Assembly: GCA_965219135.1 (NCBI GenBank)
Contig: CBDCMV010000002.1
Coordinates: 737,092-801,091, forward strand
Length of the DNA: 64,000 nt
Direction: 5' to 3'
DNA from: Alphaproteobacteria bacterium
Lineage (GTDB): Bacteria > Pseudomonadota > Alphaproteobacteria > VGEJ01
Below the pieces are notes generated by a model, which saw nothing but the letters and a program-made list of their open reading frames with translations, had not been told where the DNA came from and ran no database searches. Shown one piece after another: positions 12,322-21,924 of the stretch. Numbering within the stretch: the first letter of the stretch is position 1; each line of letters begins with the position of its first letter. Both the position numbers and the translations under genes were made by a program.

Positions 12322-13689
12322 TTGGACCCGACGGCAACCCGCGCGCTCGGGCGCGCCGGAGTGGCGCTGACGCAGCTCGGTTTTGGGAGCGCCCACCTCG
12401 GCGAGATCTACGCGCGATTGCCCGAGGACGATGCCCAGGCGGCGCTCGCCGCCGCACACGAGGGTGGGATCGCCTATTTCGATACCTCGCCATGGTACGG
12501 ACGAGGCCTGAGCGAGCACCGCGTGGGCCACTTCCTGCGCGGCCGGCCGCTCGCGAGTTTCGTCGTCTCGACCAAGGTCGGGCGGGTGCTGTCTCGACCC
12601 TCCAATCCCGATTCCTTCGACACCGGCCCCTGGACCGGCGGACTCCCCTTCGAGATCACCTTCGACTACACCGCCGAGGGCATCACTCGATCGTATGAGG
12701 ACAGCCTGCAGCGGATGGGGCTCACCCGGGTCGACCTGTTGCTGATCCACGACCTCGACATCCGCCACCACAGGCGCGTGGACCAAGTGGTGGCCTACCT
12801 CGATCAGCTCTCCGAGGCCGGCGGGTGGTCGGTGCTCGAGGGCCTGCGGCGGCGGGGCGAGATTGCCGCCATCGGCGCCGGTATCAATGAACTCGGCATG
12901 ATCCCTCGCTTTCTCGAGCGTTTCGAGATCGACTTCTTCCTCGTCGCGATGCCCTATACGCTGTTGGACCAAGATGCGCTGGACGAAGAACTCGCGCGTT
13001 GCGCCGAACGCGGCCTCGGCATTGTCATCGGCGCGCCCTACGCTTCCGGCATCCTCGCCGCGGGCCCGGGAGACGCCACGATGTACCGCTACGAACCCGC
13101 GGGTGACGAGGCGATCGAGAGGGTGGAGCGACTGCGCGCGGTGTGCGAGCGATTCGAGGTCCCGCCCAAAGCGGCGGCGCTACAGTTCCCGCTCGGCCAC
13201 CCCTCCGTCGCTTCCGTGATTCCTGGCGCGGTGTCCGCCGCGATGGGGGCCTGTCTCGACCACATGCGATTCGCCGCGGAAATACTGGCGCGCGAAGTGA
13301 ACGGGGTGTGCGACAATCCGCTGGTGTTCGCCGAGGACCGGGAGATTCTGTCGGGCGGCAACTTTCACGCCCAGCCCGTGGCCATGGCCGCCGATACCCT
13401 GGCGCTCGCCATCGCCGAGACCGGCTCGCTCTCGGAGCGTCGGACCGCGCTTCTCGTCGACCCGCAACTCAGCCAGCTGCCGCCCTTCCTGGTTCGCGAC
13501 AGCGGGCTCAACTCGGGCTGCATGGTCCCCCAAATTACAGCGGCGGCACTGGTCAGCGAGAACAAGGCGCTTGCCCATCCCGTCAGCGTCGATTCGATTT
13601 CCACCTCGGCCAACCAGGAAGACCACGTCAGCATGGCCACCTATGCTGCCCGGCGTCTCGGCGACATGGCGGACAACGCGGCCGCCTAA
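12322..13689 (+). pseudogene. Chimeric ORF: aldo/keto reductase (aa 1 to about 305, C-terminally truncated) fused in frame to an internal fragment of histidine ammonia-lyase (HutH-like, about 145 aa)
   Basis: AKR homology (...[13 protein letters not shown]...[23 protein letters not shown]) ends at about 13240. The ORF continues as ...[36 protein letters not shown]...[16 protein letters not shown]..., which is the C-terminal-half core of HAL/PAL-family lyases, lacking both HAL ends. Confidence 0.6.
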
Positions 13690-13909
13690 GGGGGTCACCG
13701 TCAATTGCGTCGTCCCCGGACTGATCCGCCGCGACTGGCAGGATCGCGACGGCCTCAGCGCCGAGCGCATGCAGAGTTGGCAGGACAAGATCCCGATGGG
13801 ACGCCTCGGCGAGCCCGATGAGGTCGCCGCGGTGGTTGCCTTCTTGGCCTCGGCCGATGCAAGTTACCTCACCGGCCAGCGGGTACACGTCAACGGGGGG
13901 TTCATTTGA
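13690..13909 (+). pseudogene. Short-chain dehydrogenase/reductase, C-terminal fragment only (about 70 aa)
   Basis: GVTVNCVVPGLI...MGRLGEPDEVAAVVAFLASADASYLTGQRVHVNGGFI* is an SDR C-terminus with no upstream Rossmann part. It abuts the HAL fragment and overlaps the next gene's start. Confidence 0.5.
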
Positions 13910-15075
13910 AGATCGTCGCGCTCGAGTGGTTCCGCCTCCATCCCAAGATCATCAAGGAGGCGTGGCAGGACGACGAGTACGTCTGGCCCTCCACGGTCCC
14001 CTCGTTTCTCGTCAAGGTGACTGCGGAGGATGGCACCTACGGCCTCGGCGAGGCATCGAGCCAGGTCTGGTACCTCGGCGAGACTGCCGAGCAGATGGAA
14101 TCCTTCCTGACGCTCTACGATGGCGCGCTCAAGGGCCACGACGCCGACAATATCGGGCGCGCGCACCAGCTGATGGAGGGGGCGGTCGGCGGTGGGATGC
14201 CGGGCGGCCGCGGCGCCCGCGCCGGCGTCGATATGGCGCTTTACGACCTGGTTGGCAAGGCGCGTGGCGTGCCGGTGCACACGCTCCTGGGCGGCGCCTA
14301 CCGAACCGAGATCGAACTCCTGACCAACCTCTATCACAAGACGCCGGAGGAAATGGTCGAGGCGAGCCGCGACTTCGTCGCGCGCGGATTCAAGGGACTG
14401 AAGGTCAAGGTCGGCGACGTGCTCCTGGCCGAGGGCTGGAACCGCGACAATTTCGAAACCGAGCTCGACAAGCTGGTGGCCGCGCTCGCAGTGGTGCCGC
14501 GCGGCGTTTACGTCGATGCCGACGCCAACCAGGGCTGGCGTAGCGCGCAGTGGACGGTAAGCTTGCTGCGGCGCTTCGCGGCGCACGATAATCTCTCGAT
14601 CGAGCAACCCTTGCCCTACGCCGACATCACCGGCGCCGCGTTCGTCCGCCGCCATGCCGGGGTGCCGGTGATCCTCGATGAATCGGTCTATTCCCCCGAA
14701 GCGGTCATGCAACTCATTCGCGCCGAAGCGTGCGACCGCGTTGTGCTCAAGCTCAACCGCGTCGGCGGGCTCATGCCCGGGCTGCAGATCGTCAACATGT
14801 GCGAGGCCGCGGGCGTCGGCGTGAGCGTCGATACCAATCCGTACACCGTCCTTGGCGACACCGCGTCATGCCACATGGCGGCGGTCGCGCCCACCGCCTA
14901 TCCCGTCGATTGCGAGGGCCACGTCTCGTTCCTCACCATCGGCGAGCCCAATCCGTTTCGCGGCGGCATCACCTTCGATGGCGCGCGCGCCAAGTTGCCC
15001 GATGCCCCGGGACTTGGCGTCGACGTCGACTGGGACGCGCTTCGCACCCACCAGACCGCCCACGCGCCGCAATGA
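13906..15075 (+). CDS. Enolase-superfamily enzyme (mandelate racemase/muconate lactonizing enzyme family)
   Basis: 389 aa. MR/MLE N- and C-domains (KVKVGD..., metal-ligand D/E/D pattern). Confidence 0.85.
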   Translation: MKIVALEWFRLHPKIIKEAWQDDEYVWPSTVPSFLVKVTAEDGTYGLGEASSQVWYLGETAEQMESFLTLYDGALKGHDADNIGRAHQLMEGAVGGGMPGGRGARAGVDMALYDLVGKARGVPVHTLLGGAYRTEIELLTNLYHKTPEEMVEASRDFVARGFKGLKVKVGDVLLAEGWNRDNFETELDKLVAALAVVPRGVYVDADANQGWRSAQWTVSLLRRFAAHDNLSIEQPLPYADITGAAFVRRHAGVPVILDESVYSPEAVMQLIRAEACDRVVLKLNRVGGLMPGLQIVNMCEAAGVGVSVDTNPYTVLGDTASCHMAAVAPTAYPVDCEGHVSFLTIGEPNPFRGGITFDGARAKLPDAPGLGVDVDWDALRTHQTAHAPQ

Positions 15076-15111
15076 ACCGGGACCCGGCTTCTCAACAGAA
15101 GGTGACGTGAG

Positions 15112-16340
15112 ATGGGGGATCGTCCCGTCGTCCGGGTCTATCAAGAGGATTGGTGGCCCTTCCAGAACCTTCCCAATGCCCTGCGGCGAATCGAGCAGGA
15201 GACGGGAATCAAGACCGAGCTTAGCTGGGACGTCATCGGTGTCGGCACCATCGATACGATGTTCGACAAGATGACCGCCAGCTTCGCCGACGATGAGCCA
15301 CCCTACGACCTGGTGTGCACCGACGAGATCATGTTGCGACACTATGCTTCCTTGGGTCGTGTTCAGGCGCTGGACGATTTCATCGCCCGGGACAACTGCG
15401 ACATTGGCGCGGTGACGCCGGCCACAATCGAGGTCACCCGTTGGAACGATCAGACGATTGCACTGCCCTGTGTCAACGTAACGAACATGCTGCTGTACCG
15501 CCGTGATCTGTTCGATCGGCATGGCTTTGCGGCTCCCAATACCTTTGCCGAGGTGAGCGGGATCGGCGCCGCGCTGCAAGAAGCGGTGCGGGCCGACGGC
15601 ACGTCCGATTTCTTCGGCTTCGCGACGCGTGGCGCCGACGGCGGCGGACACGCCGTTTGGACGATAGCTTCATGCGGTCCCACGGCGCCCGCTGGTTCGA
15701 TGAATCCGGCAGGCCAGCGGTCCAGACCGACCGGCACCGGCAGGCGCTAACCACCTATGTCGATCTGTTGCATCGCGTGGGACCACCTGAACAGCCGGAC
15801 ATGAGCTTCCCTGAGCTGATGCGCAACTATCGGGCCGGTCGCGTCGCCATGATCCTCGAGGTGGGGATGGAGTACGCGAACCTGCTTCATGATGACCCGG
15901 ACCTTGCGGAACGAACCGGGGTGGCCCTTATTCCCGCCGGCCCGGCGGGGCGATTCTCCAATCTCTACTGCCCGCCCTTCGCCATCCCCGCCCGGTCTCA
16001 GGTCAAGGACGAGGCCTGGGAAGTCGCCAAGTTCCTCTGTTCGCCGGAGCAACTGTTGGCGGACGGCATCGCCGCCAAAGCATTGGAAACCTCGTCACTG
16101 CCCGTTCTGTACTCGCCCGAGTTCGATCGTCACTTCCGCGACGATCTGCTTTCGGTGGCGCGCGCCAGCCGGGCCATTTGCTTCGAGGAACGACCTATTT
16201 CGAGCCTGGGCCTGGATGCATGCGTCGTCGTTGGCGATGCGACGAGTAGCGCCCTGCGCGGAACGCTGACCGTCGATGCCGCGCTGGCCGCCATGCAGAG
16301 CGGTTTGGACGACCTGATGGCGCGGGCGCCGGCGCAGTGA
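15112..16340 (+). pseudogene. ABC transporter solute-binding protein (SBP family 1, sugar type) remnant: no signal peptide and a frameshift at about 15655-15672
   Basis: Two consecutive ORFs (15112..15750 and 15657..16340) together cover an SBP_bac_1 fold (...GGHAVWTIAS / SFMRSHGARWFDESG...). The ORF opens only 7 codons upstream of the first Met, directly after the MR/MLE gene, so no leader can be encoded. Confidence 0.6.
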
Positions 16341-16362
16341 CGCCGATAGAGGAGACGCTATC

Positions 16363-17802
16363 TTGACCGCGCATCCGAACTACATCGCCGGCGAATGGGT
16401 CGATTCGGGCGAGCACGCGAAGAACGTCAATCCTTCCAACCTCGACGACGTGATCGGCGAGTATGCCCAGGCCGACCGCGCCCAGACCGAGCAGGCGATC
16501 GCGGCGGCGCGCGCCGTCTTCGCGGGGTGGTCGGCGACCACGCTGCAGGAGCGATCCGACGTCCTCGACCGCGCCGGCGCCGAGATTCTCGCCCGCCGCG
16601 AGGAACTGGGCCGACTGCTGGCGCGCGAGGAGGGCAAGATCCTTGCCGAGGCGACCCTGGAGGCGGGCCGGGCCGGGCAGGTTTTCAAGTACTTCGCCGG
16701 CGAGACGCTGCGCATTGCCGGCCAACATATGCAATCGGTGCGTCCCGGAATCGACGTCGAGGTGACGCGCGAACCCCTGGGCGTCATCGGAACGATCACG
16801 CCGTGGAATTTCCCGATCGCCATGCCGGCGTGGAAGATCGCGCCGGCGCTCGCCTACGGAAACTGCGTAGTCTTCAAGCCCGCATCGCTGGTTCCGGGCT
16901 CGGCCTGGGCGCTGGCCGAGATTCTGTCGCGCGCCGGGCTGCCGGACGGCGCGTTCAACCTGGTCATGGGCCCGGGCGCCGCGGTCGGCGAGACGATTCT
17001 CGCCAGTCCCGCGGTCGATGGCGTGAGCTTCACCGGCTCGGTCGATACCGGCGATACCGTGCTCAAGACGGTGTCCGGCCGCCACGGCAAGGTCCAGCTC
17101 GAAATGGGCGGTAAGAACCCGCTCGTCGTGCTTGACGATGCCGACCTCGACGTGGCCGTGGCCGCGGCCGTAAACGGCGCCTGTTTTTTGACCGGTCAGC
17201 GCTGTACCGCATCGAGCCGGCTGATCGTCACCGAGCACATCCACGATGCCTTCGTGCAGGAGATGACCGCCAAGGTCGCCGCCCTGAACGTCGGCGACGC
17301 CCTCGAGCCCGGTACCGAAATGGGCCCGGTGGTCGATTCCGCTCAGCTTGACCAGGACCTGTCCTACATCGATATCGGCAGCGCCGAGGGCGCCACCCTC
17401 GCGTGCGGTGGCCAGCGCCTCAACCGCGATCACGACGGCTTCTACCTAGCGCGGGCGCTCTTCACCGCGACCACCAACGACATGCGCATCAATCGCGAGG
17501 AGGTGTTCGGCCCGGTGGCCTCAGTGATCCGCGCCACCGATTACGACCACGCGCTCGAGCTGGCCAACGACACCGACTTCGGCCTGTCCGCGGGCATCTG
17601 CACCGGCTCGCTCAAGAATGCGACGCACTTCAAAAAGAACGCCAAGGCCGGCATGGTGATGGTAAATCTGCCGACCGCGGGGGTCGATTATCACGTTCCT
17701 TTTGGCGGTCGTAAGGGCTCGAGCTATGGCGCCCGCGAGCAGGGCGCCTACGCGGCCGAGTTCTTCACCGTCGTCAAGACAGCCTACACGGCGGCGTTGT
17801 AA
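16363..17802 (+). CDS. NAD(P)-dependent aldehyde dehydrogenase (2,5-dioxovalerate/alpha-ketoglutarate-semialdehyde dehydrogenase-like)
   Basis: 479 aa. ALDH motifs (FTGS...ELGGKNP, catalytic Cys in GQRCTA). Stop overlaps the next start (TAATG). Confidence 0.85.
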   Translation: MTAHPNYIAGEWVDSGEHAKNVNPSNLDDVIGEYAQADRAQTEQAIAAARAVFAGWSATTLQERSDVLDRAGAEILARREELGRLLAREEGKILAEATLEAGRAGQVFKYFAGETLRIAGQHMQSVRPGIDVEVTREPLGVIGTITPWNFPIAMPAWKIAPALAYGNCVVFKPASLVPGSAWALAEILSRAGLPDGAFNLVMGPGAAVGETILASPAVDGVSFTGSVDTGDTVLKTVSGRHGKVQLEMGGKNPLVVLDDADLDVAVAAAVNGACFLTGQRCTASSRLIVTEHIHDAFVQEMTAKVAALNVGDALEPGTEMGPVVDSAQLDQDLSYIDIGSAEGATLACGGQRLNRDHDGFYLARALFTATTNDMRINREEVFGPVASVIRATDYDHALELANDTDFGLSAGICTGSLKNATHFKKNAKAGMVMVNLPTAGVDYHVPFGGRKGSSYGAREQGAYAAEFFTVVKTAYTAAL

Positions 17803-18518
17803 TGGCGCCGACGATCATCGCTGGCGCCTCGGGCTTCGCCTACAAGCCCTGGAAGGGCCCGTTCTATCCCGACGATCTGCCCGATTCCGAGATGCTGACG
17901 TATTACGCCGGCCAGCTCCCAGCGGTCGAGATCAACAACACCTTCTACCGCATGCCCAAGGCCAGCGTCATGGAGGACTGGGCCGCCAAGACCCCGGCGG
18001 CGTTCACCTTCGCCGTGAAGGCCTCGCGCCGGATCACCCATTTCGCCCGTCTCAAGAACGCCGGCGAGCACGTGGACTACTTGTTCGACAACCTCGTCGG
18101 GCTCGGCGATAAGGCGGGTCCGGTGCTCTTCCAGCTGCCGCCCAATTTCAAGAAAGACCTCGATCGGTTGAAGGGATTCCTCGCCATCCTGCCGCCCAAG
18201 CGCCGCGTGACCTTCGAGTTCCGCCATCCCTCGTGGTTCGAAGACGACGTGGTGGCCGCCCTCTCGCAAGCCGGTGCGGCATTGTGCGTCGCTGAGACCA
18301 ACGCCGACGAGAAAAGGCCCGCCATCACCGTCACTGCGGGCTGGGGGTATCTCCGGCTGCGCCGCGAGGGCTATACCAAGGCGAAGCTGCGCGCCTGGGC
18401 CAAGGCGATCGCCAAGCAGCCGTGGTCCGAGGCGTACGTCTTCTTGAAGCACGAAGACAAGGGCATGGCGCCCAAGCTCGCGCGCGAGCTCATGGACGAA
18501 ACGGAAAAGGGAGGCTGA
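17802..18518 (+). CDS. DUF72-family protein (YecE-like)
   Basis: 238 aa, full-length similarity to DUF72. Translationally coupled to the ALDH. Confidence 0.75.
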   Translation: MAPTIIAGASGFAYKPWKGPFYPDDLPDSEMLTYYAGQLPAVEINNTFYRMPKASVMEDWAAKTPAAFTFAVKASRRITHFARLKNAGEHVDYLFDNLVGLGDKAGPVLFQLPPNFKKDLDRLKGFLAILPPKRRVTFEFRHPSWFEDDVVAALSQAGAALCVAETNADEKRPAITVTAGWGYLRLRREGYTKAKLRAWAKAIAKQPWSEAYVFLKHEDKGMAPKLARELMDETEKGG

Positions 18519-18519
18519 G

Positions 18520-18855
18520 ATGAAGCGGCTGGATATATCGACCCGCATGAGCCAGGCGGTGATCCACGGTGATACCATCTACCTGGCGGGCCAGGTCGCC
18601 GAGGGCGCGAGCGTGGGCGAGCAGGCCCAAGGGATCGTCGATAAGATCGACCGCCTCTTGGCCGAAGCCGGGACCGACAAATCAAAGGCGATGTCGGCGC
18701 AGGTTTGGCTCACCGACATCGCCACCTTCGATGAGTTCAACGCGGTTTGGGATGCCTGGGTGACGCCGGGCAGCCCGCCGGCCCGCGCCTGCGTCGAAGC
18801 GACCCTCGCCGCGCCACAGTACCAGGTCGAGGTCATGGTCGTCGCCGCGCTGTAG
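18520..18855 (+). CDS. RidA/YjgF-family enamine/imine deaminase
   Basis: 111 aa, Rid family (…IYLAGQVA…VWLTDIATFDEFNAVW…). Confidence 0.8.
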   Translation: MKRLDISTRMSQAVIHGDTIYLAGQVAEGASVGEQAQGIVDKIDRLLAEAGTDKSKAMSAQVWLTDIATFDEFNAVWDAWVTPGSPPARACVEATLAAPQYQVEVMVVAAL

Positions 18856-18872
18856 CTGCTTCGGGCCACGAC

Positions 18873-19310
18873 GTGGAGGTGTTCACGATCGGCTTCACTA
18901 GAACCTCGGCCGAGAGATTTTTCGGCAGGTTGCAACGCGCCGGGGTGCGAGGCGTGATCGACGTCCGCTTGAACAACACCTCTCAGCTCGCGGGTTTCGC
19001 CAAAGCGCGGGATCTCGAGTTCTTTCTCAAGGCCGTCGGCGACATCGAGTACTCTCACGAGCCGCTGCTCGCGCCGAGCCGGGCGATCTTCGAGGTCTAC
19101 AAGAGGCTCAGGGGAAGCTAGGCCGAATTCGAGCGCCGGTTTCTTGGCCTAATGGAGGCGCGCGAGATCAAGCGCCGGCTGGACCCGAGTCTCTTCGATC
19201 GAGCCTGTCTGTTGTGCAGCGAGGACAGGCCCCACTACTGTCATCGCCGGCTGGTCGCGGAGTATCTAGCCAAGCGGTGGGACGCACCAGTCCGTATCGC
19301 GCATCTCTAG
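18873..19310 (+). pseudogene. DUF488-family protein interrupted by an in-frame TAG (19119-19121) at the conserved Trp position
   Basis: GTG start, FTIGFTRTSAERFF...VIDVR..., then TAG, then the same frame continues AEFERRFLGLME...ACLLCSEDRPHYCHRRLVAEYL (DUF488 C-terminal CHR motif). The family consensus at the stop is ...S-W-EEFE..., so this is TGG to TAG. Confidence 0.6.
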
Positions 19311-19330
19311 GCGATGCGCGGCGGGAGGCT

Positions 19331-19355
19331 AAGGGCCCGTGTCAGGCGGGCCCTT
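19331..19355. terminator. Probable bidirectional intrinsic terminator between the convergent DUF488 gene and cspA
   Basis: Perfect 9-bp stem AAGGGCCCG-tgtcagg-CGGGCCCTT, followed on the + strand by a U-rich stretch (GATTTTGGGG). Confidence 0.4.
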
Positions 19356-19373
19356 AGCGGGATTTTGGGGTCG

Positions 19374-19583
19374 TCAGTCGACGACTTTTAGGTTCTCGGC
19401 CGAGCTCTTGCCGTTCTGGCCGCGCTGCAACTCGTATTCAACGTTCTGGCCCTCGCTAAGGCTGGAGATGCCGGCGCGCTCCACCGCGGAAATGTGGACG
19501 AAGGCGTCCTTGGAGCCGTCCTGGGGTTCGATAAAGCCATACCCCTTGACGGGGTTGAACCATTTTACGGTACCTGTTGGCAT
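19374..19583 (-). CDS. cspA: Cold-shock protein (CspA family)
   Basis: [34 protein letters not shown]... with RNP1/RNP2 motifs. The 13 N-terminal codons of the track ORF are an extension. Confidence 0.9.
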   Translation of the reverse strand: MPTGTVKWFNPVKGYGFIEPQDGSKDAFVHISAVERAGISSLSEGQNVEYELQRGQNGKSSAENLKVVD

Positions 19584-19844
19584 AGTGTCGTTCCTTGTCA
19601 ATCGTTGTGGGCGTCCGCACACGCTGCGCGAACGGGTCTCAGCTCACCGAAATCTGAGGAGTATTTTCGCTCTGTCGGCGTGACGAAGCAGCATACGCCG
19701 GGGGTCTCTTAGAACTGATGCAGCCCATATAGGCCCCGGCCGCCGCGATTGCAACCCATTCCCCGACCGGGGGACCTCTACACGGCCTCCTGGGCCGAGG
19801 GCTCCCAGTGAAGCGCGGGCCCGCGGCGCATCATTTCTTCCAAT

Positions 19845-21131
19845 GGGCACCTCTAAGAATTCTCCTTTTTCGGGCGTCGTCGATTTAGAATCGGGTTGCC
19901 GATTTGTTGATAGCGGGAGGCGTGGTTGATGGGTCAGATGGGGTTTTTCGATCTTGGGAACCGGTATTCCGGTCTTGACGCCAAGAACGAGCCGCTTTTG
20001 AAGATCGACGGGGTGGTTCCGTGGGAAGACTTGCGCGCGCGTCTTGAGGCGGTGTGGCGGCGTGCGGACAAGGCGCGTAAATCGCGGGCGGGACGCAAGC
20101 CGTGGGATGCGATTGTGATGTTCAAGACGATCATTCTGTGCGCGCTCTACAATCTCTCGGACGACCAAGTTGAGCATCAGATCCGTGACCGCCTGTCGTT
20201 CATGCGATTTCTGGGGTTGGGTCTGGAGGGCCGGGTTCCCGACGCCAAGACGGTGTGGCTGTACCGCGAACAGTTAACGCAAGCTGGCGTGATCGAGGCC
20301 TTATTCGAGACGTTCGATGGCTACCTGAAGGATCAGGGCTATCTGGCGATGGGCGGCCAGATCATCGACGCCTCGATTGTGGCGGTACCCAAACAGCGCA
20401 ACAGCCGCGAGGAGAACGCGCGGATAAAGGCGGGCGAGACGCCGGCAGGCTGGGAGGACAAGCCGGCAAAGCGGCGCCAAAAGGATGTCGAGGCGCGGTG
20501 GACTAAGAAGCACGGCAAGAGCCATTACGGTTACAAGAACCATGTCAACGTGGACCGTCGGCACAAGCTGGTGCGGCGCTATCATGTGAGCGACGCGGCG
20601 GAGCACGACAGCCAAGTCCTCGACGATATCCTGGATGGGGACAACACGGCTTTGGGTGTGTGGGCGGACAGCGCTTACCGCTCGGCGGAGATCGAGGCGG
20701 TGCTGAAGGAGAAGGGGTTGCGGAGCCGGATCCATCGCAAGGGCCGCCGCAACAAGCCGCTGAGCGAGCGCGAGAAGCAGGGCAACAAGACCCGTTCGTC
20801 GGTTCGGGTCCGCGTCGAGCATGTCTTCGGGGCCCAGAGCAACGACATGGGCGGGACGCTGGTGCGTAGTGTCGGGCTGGTGCGGGCGAAGGCGCGGATC
20901 GGGTTGAAGAACCTCGCCTACAACATGCGCCGCCTGGTCCAACTGGAGCGTCTCGCGGCGGCCGTGTGACGATACTCGGAGAAGGAGACCGCCTGGGGAC
21001 GGTCTTGTGGCGGAAATAACTCAATTGGAGCGTGGAAGACCCCGAAAATCTCGGCTCCGGCATGGCTGGAGCTGGTGACAGCCTGGTTAAACAATATCCT
21101 CCGACAACTCACCAATTCTTAGAGGTGCCCC
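19845..21131 (+). mobile_element. IS5-family insertion sequence (about 1.29 kb) with 16-17-bp terminal inverted repeats and a 5-6-bp target-site duplication
   Basis: IRL GGGCACCTCTAAGAATT at 19845-19861 and IRR AATTCTTAGAGGTGCCC(C) at 21114-21131. Flanking direct repeat CCAATG/CAATG on both sides. Single DDE transposase ORF inside. Confidence 0.8.
19926..20969 (+). CDS. IS5-family DDE transposase
   Basis: 347 aa (TTG start) with the typical IS5/IS1031-group sequence (...IIDASIVAVPKQRNSREEN...WADSAYRSAEIEAVL...). Confidence 0.9.
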   Translation: MMGQMGFFDLGNRYSGLDAKNEPLLKIDGVVPWEDLRARLEAVWRRADKARKSRAGRKPWDAIVMFKTIILCALYNLSDDQVEHQIRDRLSFMRFLGLGLEGRVPDAKTVWLYREQLTQAGVIEALFETFDGYLKDQGYLAMGGQIIDASIVAVPKQRNSREENARIKAGETPAGWEDKPAKRRQKDVEARWTKKHGKSHYGYKNHVNVDRRHKLVRRYHVSDAAEHDSQVLDDILDGDNTALGVWADSAYRSAEIEAVLKEKGLRSRIHRKGRRNKPLSEREKQGNKTRSSVRVRVEHVFGAQSNDMGGTLVRSVGLVRAKARIGLKNLAYNMRRLVQLERLAAAV

Positions 21132-21504
21132 AATGTTATCGATGGACAGACGTGCCTTTCAACGTAGGCGATCAAACTGGTGGCCACCGACCGCACATTC
21201 GTCTCGACGTCGGGCTCGGTGCATCGGCCCGCCTCGTCGAATGCGCTTTGGACGCCGGGGACCGACACCCCGCCGGGAAGGCGCCCGCAACCCGTTCGCG
21301 CAGCGCCCGCATGGGCTGCGAATCGGCGCCGCTGCCCGGAAGCGGCAGGTCCACGTCCCCGGGGTCGAATTCGTGGACCGAGAAGCGACCGTGGTTGATG
21401 ACCTCGTCGATCGCCAGCGCCAGCGCTTTGGCGGTGTAGTTGCCGGGACGGGCGGTGCCCAATATGGCCACGATACTCGGGCCATCGTTTCCTCGATCGC
21501 TCAT
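21132..21504 (-). pseudogene. NADPH-dependent FMN reductase-family gene, frameshifted (about 21285) and truncated at its 3' end by the IS5 insertion; the last about 19 codons lie left of the IS (19787-19844)
   Basis: N-terminus MSDRGNDGPSIVAILGTARPGNYTAKALALA...MRALRERVAGA is a flavodoxin-like FMN_red fold. A probable continuation (...VSVPGVQSAFDEAG...) is in another frame and runs into the IRR. Joining the flanks after removing the IS and one copy of the duplicated CAATG extends the ORF (...CPSITLEEMMRRGPALHWEPSAQEAV*). Confidence 0.5.
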
Positions 21505-21507
21505 CGG

Positions 21508-21918
21508 TTAGTCCTCCGTTGCCGCCGGTGATTCGACCGGCCAGTGATCTGCCACGCGTACCGCTTCGGTCGCGCCCGGCCACGGCGGCATCGTGACGAG
21601 CACGAAGACCAAGGGCTCTACCCCGGCGCGGAACTGAAACTCAGTACCAAGCGGAATCGTCAGCCCCATGCCGGGGCCGACCTCGACGACTTCTTGGCGA
21701 CCGTCGCGCTTGCGCCACACCTCTCCTTGGCCCGAGACGACGTACCAGATTTCTTCGACACTTCGATGAATCACGGCCTTCGACGTGTCTCCGGCGGGCA
21801 GGGTGCAGTGGGCCATGCTGCCGCCGGCGAGGACCGGCAAGACGCGGATCTCGGATCCGTCCGGCGCCAGCGCGTCATAGTCGGCGCCGACGCGGATCGT
21901 GGCGAAGTGCTCGCCCAT
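21508..21918 (-). CDS. Cupin-domain protein
   Basis: 136 aa with a cupin_2 beta-barrel signature (...GEVWRKRDGRQEVVEVGPGMGLTIPLGTEFQFRA...). Confidence 0.65.
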   Translation of the reverse strand: MGEHFATIRVGADYDALAPDGSEIRVLPVLAGGSMAHCTLPAGDTSKAVIHRSVEEIWYVVSGQGEVWRKRDGRQEVVEVGPGMGLTIPLGTEFQFRAGVEPLVFVLVTMPPWPGATEAVRVADHWPVESPAATED

Positions 21919-21924
21919 CGGGTG

